Assembly: GCA_942493375.1 (NCBI GenBank)
Contig: OW818698.1
Span: forward strand, 5,032,568-5,096,567
Reading direction: 5' to 3'
Length of the DNA: 64,000 nucleotides
Source of the DNA: Abditibacteriota bacterium
Lineage (GTDB): Bacteria > Armatimonadota > UBA5829
This document shows positions 20,772 through 31,321 of the stretch, piece by piece. Both the position numbers and the translations under genes were made by a program. The notes beneath the pieces were generated by a model that did no database searches, was not told where the DNA came from, and saw nothing but the letters and a program-made list of their open reading frames with translations. Every line of letters starts with the position of its first letter. The stretch's first letter is position 1.

Positions 20772-23114
20772 TTGAAAAACATGTTCCTGGTGATATTGAT
20801 GGTTTTGGTAAGTTGTGTAATCACAAATGCCGCAACTACCAAAAATCTAAAACTTGCTGCTAATAAGAAATCCAGCTATGTTATTGCTGTATCAAATAAG
20901 CAGATTCCGTCCGAAGTCACAGCTTCAAAAGAACTGCAGACTTATATATTGAAAGCTACCGGAGTTAAGCTTCCGATTATAAAAGAATCGAAACTCAAAC
21001 CCGGAACTGCTGCCATAATGCTTGGGCCGACCAAGTTTGCTGGTAAAAAAGGCATTTCACCTAAAGGAACAGAGCAGTGGGTAATAAAAACTGTCGGAAA
21101 CCGGCTGGTGCTGGCAGGCGGCAGACCGCGGGGCACTCTTTATGCTGTCTATCATTTCCTCGAGGATGTAATGGGTATCCGATGGTGGACTATCTGGGAT
21201 GAGACAGTACCAAAACGCAATATATTGTCCATAGGCACTCTCAATCTATCCGGCACTCCCGGATTTGCTTATCGAGAGATCTATGATGCAGAGCTTTCCT
21301 GGCCCAAGGAATTCTATGCAAGAAACCGAGTCAATGGGCACTATTCATTCATACCGTTGTCGTATGGCGGAACGCTTCAATACGGGCTGCCTTACCACGT
21401 GCACACATTCAGCCGATATTTCCCTCCGGAGCAATACTTTGCAACTCATCCGGAATACTATGCCCTCACAAACGGCAAACGAAATCCCCAGGGGCAACTC
21501 TGTCTGACGAACAAGGACTTATTCAATGCATGGGTTGCCAAAATGAAAGACTATATCAAGACTTCCTATGCTGATGCAGACAAACAGGGATTACCCCGTC
21601 CTGTTTACTTCTCGATCTCTCAGAATGACTGGGAAGGCAGCTGCGAGTGTGATAACTGCAAAGCTATTTTCGACAAGGAAGGCCATTCCGGTCTGTCTCT
21701 GATGTTTGTCAATGCTGTGGCAGAAGAGATTGAGAAGGAATACCCCGAAATCCTCGTAGATACCCTCGCATACTGGTTTTATGAAGAAGCCCCCAAGACC
21801 ATCAAACCCCGCGACAATGTCCGGATACGTCTGTGCGATGTCGGGGAGGACGTCATGCACCCGATAACCCATCCGAACAATAAAAATGGTCTGAGGCGTT
21901 TGCAGGACTGGTATAAAATCACCAAACATCTCAACATATGGAAATATGGTGTCATTTATACTCCCAACCTCCCCACGCCTACTCAGTTGGACTATTCAGA
22001 TGATGTCAAGACATACAAGAAGTACGGCGTAGAGGGGGTTTTTATCGAGGTTGAGAATATAATGACCACGGATATGTGGGATATGAAAGCCTGGATGCTG
22101 GCTAAGCTGTATGAAAACCCATATGCAGATTCTAATAAGCTTGTTAAGGAGTTTACGGAAGGTTTCTATGGACCAGCTGGCAAGTATATCAGGGATTATC
22201 TCAATTTAGTTCACAAAGCTTTGCAGGACAAACCCAGCTATATCAACTTTGGCGGAACACCTTCGGGATACACGTTTATGTCACTGGATGTCGTTCGCAA
22301 GTGCAATGAACTATTTGATAGAGCTGAAGCTGCTGTAGCAAATAAACAGGCGTATCTGGACCGGGTTCAACTGGCAAGAACATCACTGGACAGGACTATA
22401 TGCTACCGATCTGCAGAATTGAACAGAGAATATGTGAAGAACGGTAAACAGGGCGAGTTTGGCCTGTCAGTTGAAACATCCAGCAAGAGAGCTGCTGCAG
22501 TTCTGCGAAAAATGGCAGATACCAGGTTCGCAGGCCGAAAACAGTTCGCTCAACATGCCTATGATCAGGCGACTGCACTGGAGATGATTACAGTGTTCTC
22601 AAAACCTGCTAAATTACCGGAACAGTTTGCTAACCTGCCGGTTGACACTGTGTTTGATTGCTCCCCCAGTTATTTCAGGCTCAGCGGAGTTTCACTGATA
22701 AAGGACACAGAAGCAGCATATGGTTCTGCAGCGAAACTCGATTTAGCAGGTAACGCAGATGCAGCTAGATACCTTGTGACTCCAACTCAGGGCATGCCAA
22801 TGGGAGTCTATAATGTTGCGGAAAAGCTCCATGGTATGACTACCACTGTTACGTATGACCAGATCAAACCTGGTTACAACTTCTACAAACTTGGACCGAC
22901 CAAGTTCAAACCATCTGAATATTTTTACCTGTTCTGGAGCTGGGTGATTCAAGCTGATTTGGATACTGCTATGAATGACAATCCTGATCAATTATACGAA
23001 GTCTATGCTTCGGTGAAGTTCGAAGGCCCCTCCTTCCCAACCGGAGACCCGACAAAAACAGATGCGATTCTGGTAGACCGGATTATCGTTGTTCAGGTGA
23101 AGAGAAATAATTGA
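20772..23114 (+). CDS. Secreted DUF4838/GH20b-like putative glycoside hydrolase, tandem paralog 1 of 5.
   Basis: TTG start after ggaggca. Signal peptide. GRPRGTLYAVYHFLEDVMGIRWW. Conserved SQNDWEGSCECDNCKA. Length 780 aa. Confidence 0.65.
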   Translation: MKNMFLVILMVLVSCVITNAATTKNLKLAANKKSSYVIAVSNKQIPSEVTASKELQTYILKATGVKLPIIKESKLKPGTAAIMLGPTKFAGKKGISPKGTEQWVIKTVGNRLVLAGGRPRGTLYAVYHFLEDVMGIRWWTIWDETVPKRNILSIGTLNLSGTPGFAYREIYDAELSWPKEFYARNRVNGHYSFIPLSYGGTLQYGLPYHVHTFSRYFPPEQYFATHPEYYALTNGKRNPQGQLCLTNKDLFNAWVAKMKDYIKTSYADADKQGLPRPVYFSISQNDWEGSCECDNCKAIFDKEGHSGLSLMFVNAVAEEIEKEYPEILVDTLAYWFYEEAPKTIKPRDNVRIRLCDVGEDVMHPITHPNNKNGLRRLQDWYKITKHLNIWKYGVIYTPNLPTPTQLDYSDDVKTYKKYGVEGVFIEVENIMTTDMWDMKAWMLAKLYENPYADSNKLVKEFTEGFYGPAGKYIRDYLNLVHKALQDKPSYINFGGTPSGYTFMSLDVVRKCNELFDRAEAAVANKQAYLDRVQLARTSLDRTICYRSAELNREYVKNGKQGEFGLSVETSSKRAAAVLRKMADTRFAGRKQFAQHAYDQATALEMITVFSKPAKLPEQFANLPVDTVFDCSPSYFRLSGVSLIKDTEAAYGSAAKLDLAGNADAARYLVTPTQGMPMGVYNVAEKLHGMTTTVTYDQIKPGYNFYKLGPTKFKPSEYFYLFWSWVIQADLDTAMNDNPDQLYEVYASVKFEGPSFPTGDPTKTDAILVDRIIVVQVKRNN

Positions 23115-23215
23115 ACAGGATTAATGGGAATTGCAGGATAGACAGGATTATTTGGGACGCATCGTTTTAAGTGCGTCCCAAAAATACACGAAAGTCCATC
23201 ACAAGGAAATGATTA

Positions 23216-23845
23216 ATGAATGATTCTTCTAAGTGGTTCAAGAAATTACCAAACGAACTAGTAGTAGAAACCGTAATCGAAGAAGCACCAAAGATACTGG
23301 GCAAATGGAATCCAACCATATACAAGGATTCCGATTATGGATGTTGTATAAATACAGATAATTCCAGGATTCATATCGGTTGTAACCGTAATTATTTAGG
23401 CACTACTCTTAAATCACCAACTGAGACTGCTATATATGAGGACATTGAGCTGGACTCAGTGCTAGAGGCGCTTTTTCCGGAATTGCCGGATACAGTAACT
23501 AAGCCACGTTATTTATTTGCCAATTATGTAATTCCAAGCGAAGTTACAAGACATCTGAATCTGATTGCAGGATACTGTTATCCGTTACTTGATGGTGACA
23601 AGAATGCCTGGTTATCTTTTGAGAATTGGAAGATAACCAGGGGTGGCCGTATGAGAACACCTGGGCAAACAATCGAGGATCATCTTAGAGAGTTGAAGCA
23701 ACAAGCTGAAATTGCATGTTCAAGACGTAAATTTTGGACTGCGTTTGAATTTTATACAGAGTATAAAGATGCTGGGGGTAGAATGACTCTCAAAGACAGA
23801 TGGCATTTATACCTATTATCAAGACATACTTTTCTATTACGATAA
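23216..23845 (+). CDS. Hypothetical protein, AT-rich insert between paralogs 1 and 2.
   Basis: Clean 209 aa ORF, visibly AT-richer than the flanking genes. No recognised motif. Confidence 0.45.
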   Translation: MNDSSKWFKKLPNELVVETVIEEAPKILGKWNPTIYKDSDYGCCINTDNSRIHIGCNRNYLGTTLKSPTETAIYEDIELDSVLEALFPELPDTVTKPRYLFANYVIPSEVTRHLNLIAGYCYPLLDGDKNAWLSFENWKITRGGRMRTPGQTIEDHLRELKQQAEIACSRRKFWTAFEFYTEYKDAGGRMTLKDRWHLYLLSRHTFLLR

Positions 23846-23903
23846 TAGAAATAGGCACAATCCTATCTGATATCAATATCATAAAACAGATTGGAGGCAG
23901 GCA

Positions 23904-26249
23904 TTGAATAGAGTATTGATTTTTGCATTATTGATAGTATTATCTTCCGGGGTTGTCGAAGCTGCGGTTGTACCTGCAAAAGGACTCAAGTTAGTTGCAA
24001 ATGGAAAATCCAGTTATGTGATTGTCTCGCCGGATGTGCCGATACCTTCCGAGGTTACAGCTTCAACAGAACTGCAGACATATATTCGCCAGTCCACTGG
24101 AGTAAGTCTACCTATTATAAACCAGTCAAGCCTCAAGAGCGGGGCTCCTGCAATTATGATTGGCTCAACCAGATTTGCTGAAAAGGTTGGCATCACACCC
24201 AAGGGGCCTGAGAAATGGGTTATCAAGACAGTTGGCAACCGGCTGGTGCTGACAGGCGGACGGCCACGGGGCACGCTATATGCTGTCTACCATTTCCTCG
24301 AGGATGTTATGGGTGTTCATTGGTGGACGATGTGGGAAGAAACTGTGCCCAAGCTGGCAGTGTTATCTGTAGGCACCCTGGATTTATCCGGTGAACCAGG
24401 GTTTTCATACAGAGACATATATGATGCAGAGATACCCTGGCCCAAAGAGTTCTGCGCCAGGAACCGGTTAAACGGGCATTTTTCTATGATACCCTGGCAA
24501 TATGGCGGTGCAATTCAATATGGGCCACCATACCATGTACATACATTCAATCTATACTTCCCCCCGGGTGAATATTTCGCCAACCATCCTGAATATTTCT
24601 CTCTTTCAAAGGGCCAGAGAGTATACAATGGTCAGCTCTGTCTTACGAACCCGGATGTGCTCAGCGAATGGATACTCAAGATGAAGGATTACATCAAGAC
24701 TTCATATGCTGAAGCTGATAAGAGGGGAGTTCCCAGGCCTCTTTACTTCTCGGTCTCTCAAAATGACTGGGAAGGCAGCTGTGAGTGTGATAACTGCAAA
24801 GCTATCTACGAAAAAGAAGGGCACTCGGGTTTGTCCCTGATGTTTGTGAATGATATAGCAGAGGAGATCGAGAAGGAATATCCCGATGTCCTTGTTGATA
24901 CACTTGCTTACTGGTTCTATCAGGATGCTCCAAAGACCATAAAACCACGAGACAACGTAAGGATCCGGCTGTGTGATTCGAGTGAAGACATATTCCATTC
25001 GATTACTCACACTGGCAACAAAGCTGGTCTCAGACGGCTGAAAGCATGGTCAAAGATCACCAAACACCTCGATATCTGGAAATACGGCGTCGTATACAGT
25101 CCAAATCTCCCCACACCCAGCCAGTTGAACTATTCCGATGATGTAAAGGAATACAAAATGGCCGGTGTGCAGGGAATGTTCATGGAGTTCGAGAACGTAT
25201 TGACTACCGACATGTGGGATATGAAAGCCTGGATGCTGGCTAAGTTATATGAAAACCCTTACGCAGATTCGGATACCCTTGTTAAGCAGTTCACTGCTGG
25301 CTACTACGGCTCCGCAGGCCAATATATCCGTGAATATCTGATCACTCTGCAGAAAGCGCTTCACGATGAACCCAGCTATATTAACTTTACAATGGGAACG
25401 TCTGAGTATAAGTTTATGAAACTGGATGTCGTCCGGAAGTGTAATGAACTTTTCGATAAAGCTGAAGCCTCTGTAGCGGACAACCAGATAATATTGGACC
25501 GTGTCCTATTTGCAAGGACATCTCTGGACAGGACTATCTGTTTCCGCTCTGCTGAACTCTATGATGAATATGTGAATGGCGGCAAAAAAGGCGATTACGG
25601 CCTTTCTACTGTTAAATCAAGCAGGAGAGCTTCCGATATATTGCTCAAAATGGCCATTGCAAGATTTGCCGGTCGTAAACAATATGCAGCGCATGCATAT
25701 GATCAGATAACTGCATTGGGCAAATTTACTGCTTTCTCGAAGCCTGCGGTAATCCCGGACCAGTTTGTGAACCTGCCACCGGATACAGTATTTGAGTGTT
25801 CCCCAAAATACTTCCGGTTGGTTGGTTCGACAATTGTCAATGACCCATCAGCTGCATTCGGAATTGCAGCAAAACTGGACCTGGCATCTACCGGCGGGGA
25901 TGCAGCAAAGTATCTGGTAACTCCAACTCAAGGGATGCTTATAGGACAATACAATGCTGTAGAGAAAGTAGAAGCCGGTTCTACAACAATAACCCGGGAC
26001 GCCATAAAGCCTGGTTATAACTTCTATAAATTTGGCCCGAGGAAGTTCAAACCATCAGAGTTCATTTATCTGTTCTGGAGCTGGGGGATACAGGTTGATG
26101 TAGATTCGGCATTGAATAATAACCCTGATCAGGACTATGATGTGTATGTTTCAGTCAAGTTCGAAGGCCCATCATTCCCGAATGGAGACCCAACCCAACC
26201 AGACTCGATATCCGTGGACAGAGTTATAGTTGTGCAGGTAAAGAGTTAA
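23904..26249 (+). CDS. Secreted DUF4838/GH20b-like putative glycoside hydrolase, tandem paralog 2.
   Basis: TTG start after ggaggca. Signal peptide. About 75% identity to paralog 1 over the core. Confidence 0.65.
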   Translation: MNRVLIFALLIVLSSGVVEAAVVPAKGLKLVANGKSSYVIVSPDVPIPSEVTASTELQTYIRQSTGVSLPIINQSSLKSGAPAIMIGSTRFAEKVGITPKGPEKWVIKTVGNRLVLTGGRPRGTLYAVYHFLEDVMGVHWWTMWEETVPKLAVLSVGTLDLSGEPGFSYRDIYDAEIPWPKEFCARNRLNGHFSMIPWQYGGAIQYGPPYHVHTFNLYFPPGEYFANHPEYFSLSKGQRVYNGQLCLTNPDVLSEWILKMKDYIKTSYAEADKRGVPRPLYFSVSQNDWEGSCECDNCKAIYEKEGHSGLSLMFVNDIAEEIEKEYPDVLVDTLAYWFYQDAPKTIKPRDNVRIRLCDSSEDIFHSITHTGNKAGLRRLKAWSKITKHLDIWKYGVVYSPNLPTPSQLNYSDDVKEYKMAGVQGMFMEFENVLTTDMWDMKAWMLAKLYENPYADSDTLVKQFTAGYYGSAGQYIREYLITLQKALHDEPSYINFTMGTSEYKFMKLDVVRKCNELFDKAEASVADNQIILDRVLFARTSLDRTICFRSAELYDEYVNGGKKGDYGLSTVKSSRRASDILLKMAIARFAGRKQYAAHAYDQITALGKFTAFSKPAVIPDQFVNLPPDTVFECSPKYFRLVGSTIVNDPSAAFGIAAKLDLASTGGDAAKYLVTPTQGMLIGQYNAVEKVEAGSTTITRDAIKPGYNFYKFGPRKFKPSEFIYLFWSWGIQVDVDSALNNNPDQDYDVYVSVKFEGPSFPNGDPTQPDSISVDRVIVVQVKS

Positions 26250-26283
26250 TATAATAAGACACAAGATCCCACATCGTTCACGC

Positions 26284-26369
26284 GCCATTGTCATCCTGAG
26301 GAACGAAGGATCTGCTTTTTCAGTGAACCATGGTAAAGCAGATCCTTCGTTCCTCAGGATGACAATGGC
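26284..26369. repeat. Perfect 35 bp-arm inverted repeat of the GTCATCCTGAGGAACGAAGGATCTGCTTT family.
   Basis: gccattgtcatcctgaggaacgaaggatctgcttt ... aaagcagatccttcgttcctcaggatgacaatggc. Lies between paralogs 2 and 3. Confidence 0.7.
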
Positions 26370-26388
26370 GCATAATTGGAGTAAATAA

Positions 26389-28731
26389 TTGAAATCAATT
26401 CTTCTATTAATAATGGTAATGATTGTATCGGGAGGTGTAGCCGGAGCTGCATCTGTTGTGAAGCTTAAAATAGCAGCGAATGGTATATCTAAATATGTGA
26501 TTGCAGCTGCTGATAATCAGATACCTTCTGAGATCACAGCTTGCAAAGAGCTCCAGACATACATAGCAAAGTCCACCGGGGTTACGCTTCCGATCATCAA
26601 GGAATCGGAATTGAAGCCTGGCTCTTTAGCAATCATTGTTGGGCAGAGTAAAGCCGCACGCTCTGCAGGGATTATTCCCAAAGGACCGGAGCAGTGGGTG
26701 ATCAAGACAGTTGGCAACAGATTGCTTCTGACCGGGGGTAGACCGCGAGGCACTCTTTATGCTGTTTATCATTTTCTTGAGGATATAGTAGGAGTTCACT
26801 GGTGGACGATATGGGATGAAACAGTGCCAAAACGGACTGTTTTATCTGTTGGGCATCTCAATCTATCCGGACAGCCCAGTTTTGATTCAAGAGAGATATA
26901 CGATGGAGTTATGCCGTGGCCTAAAGAGTTCTATCCCCGGAACAGAGTCAATGGATGCTATTCGCTGACCCCATGGGAATACGGTGGGACTCTTCGATAT
27001 GGACCACCGGACCAGGCGCACACATGCAGCATGTATTTCCCACCGGCAAAGTATTTCGGGACCCATCCTGAGTATTATGCTCTCATAGATGGAAAACGCT
27101 CTCCCAATGGCCAGCTCTGCTTGACTAATAAAGACCTGATCAATGAGTGCATAGCCAAGGTTAAGGAGAGCATCAGGTCATCTTATGCAGAATCAGACAG
27201 CAAGGGTATCCCCCGGCCTGTTTTCTATGCTGTTTCACAAAATGATACTACAGGCAACTGTGAGTGTGATTCATGTAAAGCTGTGTATAAAAAGGAAAAC
27301 GCATCAGGCCTGTCTCTTTCATTTGTAAACGCTGTAGCTGATGGTGTTGAGAAGGAATATCCCGAGGTTCTTATAGATACACTGGCATACTGGTTCTACC
27401 AGGAAGCCCCAAAGACCATCAAACCCCGGGACAACGTGAGAATCCGTCTGTGCGATATGGATGAAGATATAATGCACTCCATCATCCATAAGAACAACAA
27501 GAATGGCTTGAGGCGGTTGGGTGATTGGTCGAAGATTACCAGGCACCTGAATATCTGGAAATATGGAGTCATCTACAGTCCAAATCTTCCTACGCCCAGC
27601 ATGCTGAATGCAGCAGACGATGTCCGGACATACAAGAAGTATGGAGTAGAGGGTATATTCACTGAGCTTGAGAACATAATGACTACAGATATGTGGGAAA
27701 TGAAAGCCTGGATGCTGGCTAAACTATATGAAAACCCATATCTGGATACCGAAACTCTCGCTAAGACATTTACAGATGGCTACTATGGTCCGGCTGGCAA
27801 GTATATTAATCAATATGTCCACCTGGTTCATAAAGCCCTGGATGAGAAACCAGATTCCCTCAACTTTGGCGGAAATCCATCCGGGTATTCATTCATGACG
27901 CTTAATTTGACCCGCAAGTGCAATAAGCTGTTTGATGATGCTGAAGCGTCTGTGGTTAATAACCAAACGTTGCTGGATAGAGTTCAGCTGGCCAGGACAT
28001 CTCTGGACCGGACTATCACTTATCGTTCAGTTGAGTTATACAGAGAATATAAAAAAACCGGAAAAAAAGGAGACTATGGCCTGTCGGTTGAGACATCAAC
28101 TCGAAGAGCGTCTGCCATTATCCGCAAAATGACTGATGCCAGGTTTGCTGGTCTTGGTGGGTATGTGCAATATGCTTATGACCAGGCGGATGCATTGGGA
28201 AAGCTTACTGCTTTCTCAAAACCTGTCCCTCTTCCGGAGCAGTTTGCAAAATTACCGGAGGATACTGTTTATGACTGTGCGCCAGTATACTTCAGACTGT
28301 CTGGGGTGAACATAGTGAAAGATCCTGCTGCAGCTTTCGGGGCAACGGCAAAACTGGACATATCATCTGCCGGAGCAGAATCCTCAAGGTATCTAATAAC
28401 ACCTACTCAAGGCATGATAATGGGTTTCTATAACGTTGGCGATAGGACCCATGGCAAGGTAGCAACCCTTATGCCAGGTGATATAAGACCTGGATATAAC
28501 TTCTATAAACTCGGACCTGCAAAGTTCAAGCCCCAGGAGTATTTCTATTTGTTCTGGAGTTGGGTGATACAGGCTGATCTGGGTTTTGCAATGAATGATG
28601 ATCCAAACCAGGAGTATGAGGTATACGTCTCAATAAAATTCGAAGGCCCCTCTTTTCCAACCGGAGACCCAACCAAACCCGACGCCATACTAGTGGACAG
28701 ATTAATAGTGGTGCAGGTGAAGAGTAAATAA
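26389..28731 (+). CDS. Secreted DUF4838/GH20b-like putative glycoside hydrolase, tandem paralog 3.
   Basis: TTG start. Signal peptide. Conserved core and NCECDSCKA motif. Confidence 0.65.
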   Translation: MKSILLLIMVMIVSGGVAGAASVVKLKIAANGISKYVIAAADNQIPSEITACKELQTYIAKSTGVTLPIIKESELKPGSLAIIVGQSKAARSAGIIPKGPEQWVIKTVGNRLLLTGGRPRGTLYAVYHFLEDIVGVHWWTIWDETVPKRTVLSVGHLNLSGQPSFDSREIYDGVMPWPKEFYPRNRVNGCYSLTPWEYGGTLRYGPPDQAHTCSMYFPPAKYFGTHPEYYALIDGKRSPNGQLCLTNKDLINECIAKVKESIRSSYAESDSKGIPRPVFYAVSQNDTTGNCECDSCKAVYKKENASGLSLSFVNAVADGVEKEYPEVLIDTLAYWFYQEAPKTIKPRDNVRIRLCDMDEDIMHSIIHKNNKNGLRRLGDWSKITRHLNIWKYGVIYSPNLPTPSMLNAADDVRTYKKYGVEGIFTELENIMTTDMWEMKAWMLAKLYENPYLDTETLAKTFTDGYYGPAGKYINQYVHLVHKALDEKPDSLNFGGNPSGYSFMTLNLTRKCNKLFDDAEASVVNNQTLLDRVQLARTSLDRTITYRSVELYREYKKTGKKGDYGLSVETSTRRASAIIRKMTDARFAGLGGYVQYAYDQADALGKLTAFSKPVPLPEQFAKLPEDTVYDCAPVYFRLSGVNIVKDPAAAFGATAKLDISSAGAESSRYLITPTQGMIMGFYNVGDRTHGKVATLMPGDIRPGYNFYKLGPAKFKPQEYFYLFWSWVIQADLGFAMNDDPNQEYEVYVSIKFEGPSFPTGDPTKPDAILVDRLIVVQVKSK

Positions 28732-28755
28732 TACCAGGTATCGTCATAATTACCA

Positions 28756-28837
28756 TGTCATCCTGAGGAACGAAGGATCTGCTTTTGGACATTTAGCTCA
28801 ACCATAAAGAGCAGATCCTTCGTTCCTCAGGATGACA
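28756..28837. repeat. Inverted repeat of the same family (28 bp arms).
   Basis: tgtcatcctgaggaacgaaggatctgct ... agcagatccttcgttcctcaggatgaca. Lies between paralogs 3 and 4. Confidence 0.7.
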
Positions 28838-28854
28838 ATTTTCGGAGGCAACAG

Positions 28855-31194
28855 TTGAAAACTATACTCTCGTTAATGCTAGCACTAATTGTATTGAGCA
28901 GTATCACCAACGCTGCACCGACTGCAAAGCTCAAATTGGTTGAAAATGGCAGGTCGGAGTATGTGATTGCTACAGCCGGGAATCAGATACCTGCTGAGAT
29001 TACAGCTTCAAAAGAACTGCAGGCATACATAAGTAAGTCTACCGGAGTGATGCTTCCGATTATCAAGGAATCTGAACTTAAGCCCGGCGCTCCGGCTGTA
29101 GTAGTTGGGCAGACAAACATTGCACGCTCTGCCGGGATCATCCCCAAAGGCTCTGAGCAGTGGGTTATTAAGACCATTGGTAACAAGCTGGTGCTTACGG
29201 GCGGTAGGCCGAGGGGAAGTCTATACGCTGTTTACCATTTCTTGGAAGATAATCTGGGTATCCGGTGGTGGACTATATGGGATGAATCGGTTCCGAAACA
29301 CGGCTCTATCATCCTGACTGATATCAACCGGTCCGGGCAGCCCACATTTTCATACCGGGAAATATTCGACTGCCTGATCCCCTGGCCTAAGGAGTTTTAT
29401 GCAAGAAATAGAGTCAATGGAGAGTTTTCGGGGATTCCTATTGAATATGGCGGGACTGTTATGTATGGTCCACCTTCTCATGTGCATACATTCAACAGGT
29501 ATTTCCCTCCAGAGGAGTATTTTGAAGCCCATCCGGAATGGTTCGCTCTTTCAAAAGGCAAAAGAGATCCCCAGGGGCAACTTTGTCTGACAAACACAGA
29601 ACTGTTCGATGCCTGGGTAGCCAAGATGAAGGGTTTTATAAAGACATCTTATGCAGCAGCAGATCAGAAAGGCATAGAGAGACCTGCATTCTTCTCGATT
29701 TCAGCAAATGACAGCCTGGGTGGCTGCGAATGTCACAACTGTAAAGCTATCATCGACAAAGAGAATGAGTCCGGGCTTTCACTGTGGTTCGTAAACAAAG
29801 TTGCTGATGAGATCCGGAAAGAGTATCCCGAAATACTGGTTGATACCCTTGCATACTGGTTTTATGTGGAAGCTCCAAAGACCATCAAGCCCCGGGACAA
29901 CGTGCGAATACGCCTGTGTGATTTTATTGAGGATATACTGCACGGGATCAATCATAATAACAACAAGGATGGTTTGAGGCGTTTAAAAGAGTGGTCAAAA
30001 ATCACCAAACACCTTGCTATCTGGAAATATGGGGTAATTTACTCTCCGAACCTTCCTACACCGAGCATGCTTTATTTCTCAGATGACGTCAAGACCTATA
30101 AAAAATATGGAGTCGAAGGCGTGTTCTTTGAGTTTGAATATGCGATGACTACTGATATGTGGGATATGAAGACCTGGATGTCAGCCAAGCTTTATGAAGA
30201 CCCGGATGCTGATTCCACTAAGCTGGTTAAGGAGTTCACCGATGGTTTCTACGGGCCAGCCGGTAAATATATCCGGGAGTATCTCAACGTAACGCATGAA
30301 GCTCTGCAAAAGATACCAAGCAGTATCAACTTCGGTGGAAATATATCAGGATACAACTTCCTCACGCTGGATGTCGTTCGCAAGTGCAGTGCTCTGTTCG
30401 ATAAAGCTGAGGCGTCTGTAACCCACAACCAGACGCTGCTGGACCGTGTTCAGTTTGCAAGAACATCCCTGGACAGGACAATCTGTTACAGGTATGCCAA
30501 CCTGCAGAAAGACTTCCGAAAAGCTGGCAGCAAGGGTGAGTTCGGACTGTCTGTTTCAGACTCAGCAATAAGAGCAGCTGCAATCCTGCGCAAAATAGCC
30601 GGTACAAGGTTCGCCAATTACCCGGATTCTGCAAAGGACGCATATGATCAAGCAACTGCCCTGGACCAGTACTCTTATATAACCAAGCCTGCCTCCTTGC
30701 CCAAACAGTTCGCGTCGTTGCCTGCAGACACAGTGTTCGACTACTCTCCGAACGCATTCCGTCTTGTAAGCACTCCGAAAATGACCAAAGACACCCAAGC
30801 AGCATATGGATTCGCAGCAATGATAGACGTGTCAGCTGCAGGTAAAGATACATCCAGATACATGATAACCCCGACTCAGGGAATGCCGATGGGCAGCTAC
30901 AACATCCAGGACAAAGTAGAATCCACACCAGCAATGATATTCCCAGACGATATCAAACCCGGTTACAATTTCTACAAGCTGGGCCTGGTCAAGTTCAAAC
31001 CGACAGAATATTTCTACCTCCTATGGAGCTGGACAATCCAACTGGACCTGACAACAGCCATGAACAACAACCCAAACCAGGAATACGAAGTCTACGCCTC
31101 AATAAAATTCGACGGTCCATCCTTCCCAAAAGGCAACCCATCAAAACCGGATTCGATTTGGGTAGATAGGATAATCGTGGTGCAGAAGCAGTGA
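28855..31194 (+). CDS. Secreted DUF4838/GH20b-like putative glycoside hydrolase, tandem paralog 4.
   Basis: TTG start after ggaggca. Signal peptide. Conserved core and GCECHNCKA motif. Confidence 0.65.
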   Translation: MKTILSLMLALIVLSSITNAAPTAKLKLVENGRSEYVIATAGNQIPAEITASKELQAYISKSTGVMLPIIKESELKPGAPAVVVGQTNIARSAGIIPKGSEQWVIKTIGNKLVLTGGRPRGSLYAVYHFLEDNLGIRWWTIWDESVPKHGSIILTDINRSGQPTFSYREIFDCLIPWPKEFYARNRVNGEFSGIPIEYGGTVMYGPPSHVHTFNRYFPPEEYFEAHPEWFALSKGKRDPQGQLCLTNTELFDAWVAKMKGFIKTSYAAADQKGIERPAFFSISANDSLGGCECHNCKAIIDKENESGLSLWFVNKVADEIRKEYPEILVDTLAYWFYVEAPKTIKPRDNVRIRLCDFIEDILHGINHNNNKDGLRRLKEWSKITKHLAIWKYGVIYSPNLPTPSMLYFSDDVKTYKKYGVEGVFFEFEYAMTTDMWDMKTWMSAKLYEDPDADSTKLVKEFTDGFYGPAGKYIREYLNVTHEALQKIPSSINFGGNISGYNFLTLDVVRKCSALFDKAEASVTHNQTLLDRVQFARTSLDRTICYRYANLQKDFRKAGSKGEFGLSVSDSAIRAAAILRKIAGTRFANYPDSAKDAYDQATALDQYSYITKPASLPKQFASLPADTVFDYSPNAFRLVSTPKMTKDTQAAYGFAAMIDVSAAGKDTSRYMITPTQGMPMGSYNIQDKVESTPAMIFPDDIKPGYNFYKLGLVKFKPTEYFYLLWSWTIQLDLTTAMNNNPNQEYEVYASIKFDGPSFPKGNPSKPDSIWVDRIIVVQKQ

Positions 31195-31281
31195 GATGGT
31201 GATACGACTTCGATTTTCTCGAATCTATGCAAGTAATAGAGCGAAACAATGGAAAAGTGTCAATAATATAGTACGAAAAAC

Positions 31282-31310
31282 TTGACATAATAATTGCCGA
31301 TGGACATAAT
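31282..31310 (+). promoter_or_regulatory. Near-consensus sigma70-type promoter for the AbiE operon, with a GACATAAT direct repeat.
   Basis: TTGACA at 31282-31287, a 17 nt spacer, then CATAAT at 31305-31310. GACATAAT occurs twice, 23 bp apart. Confidence 0.5.
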
Positions 31311-31321
31311 GAATAGAGAGT

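Noticed and set aside
30362-30934. 190 aa antisense ORF inside array paralog 4. Similar antisense ORFs occur in the other paralogs (e.g. 21591..21929, 24702..25010, 27319..27546, 33992..34222).
   Set aside because: They recur at the same relative position only because the sense genes are paralogous. They are antisense shadows of conserved coding sequence.
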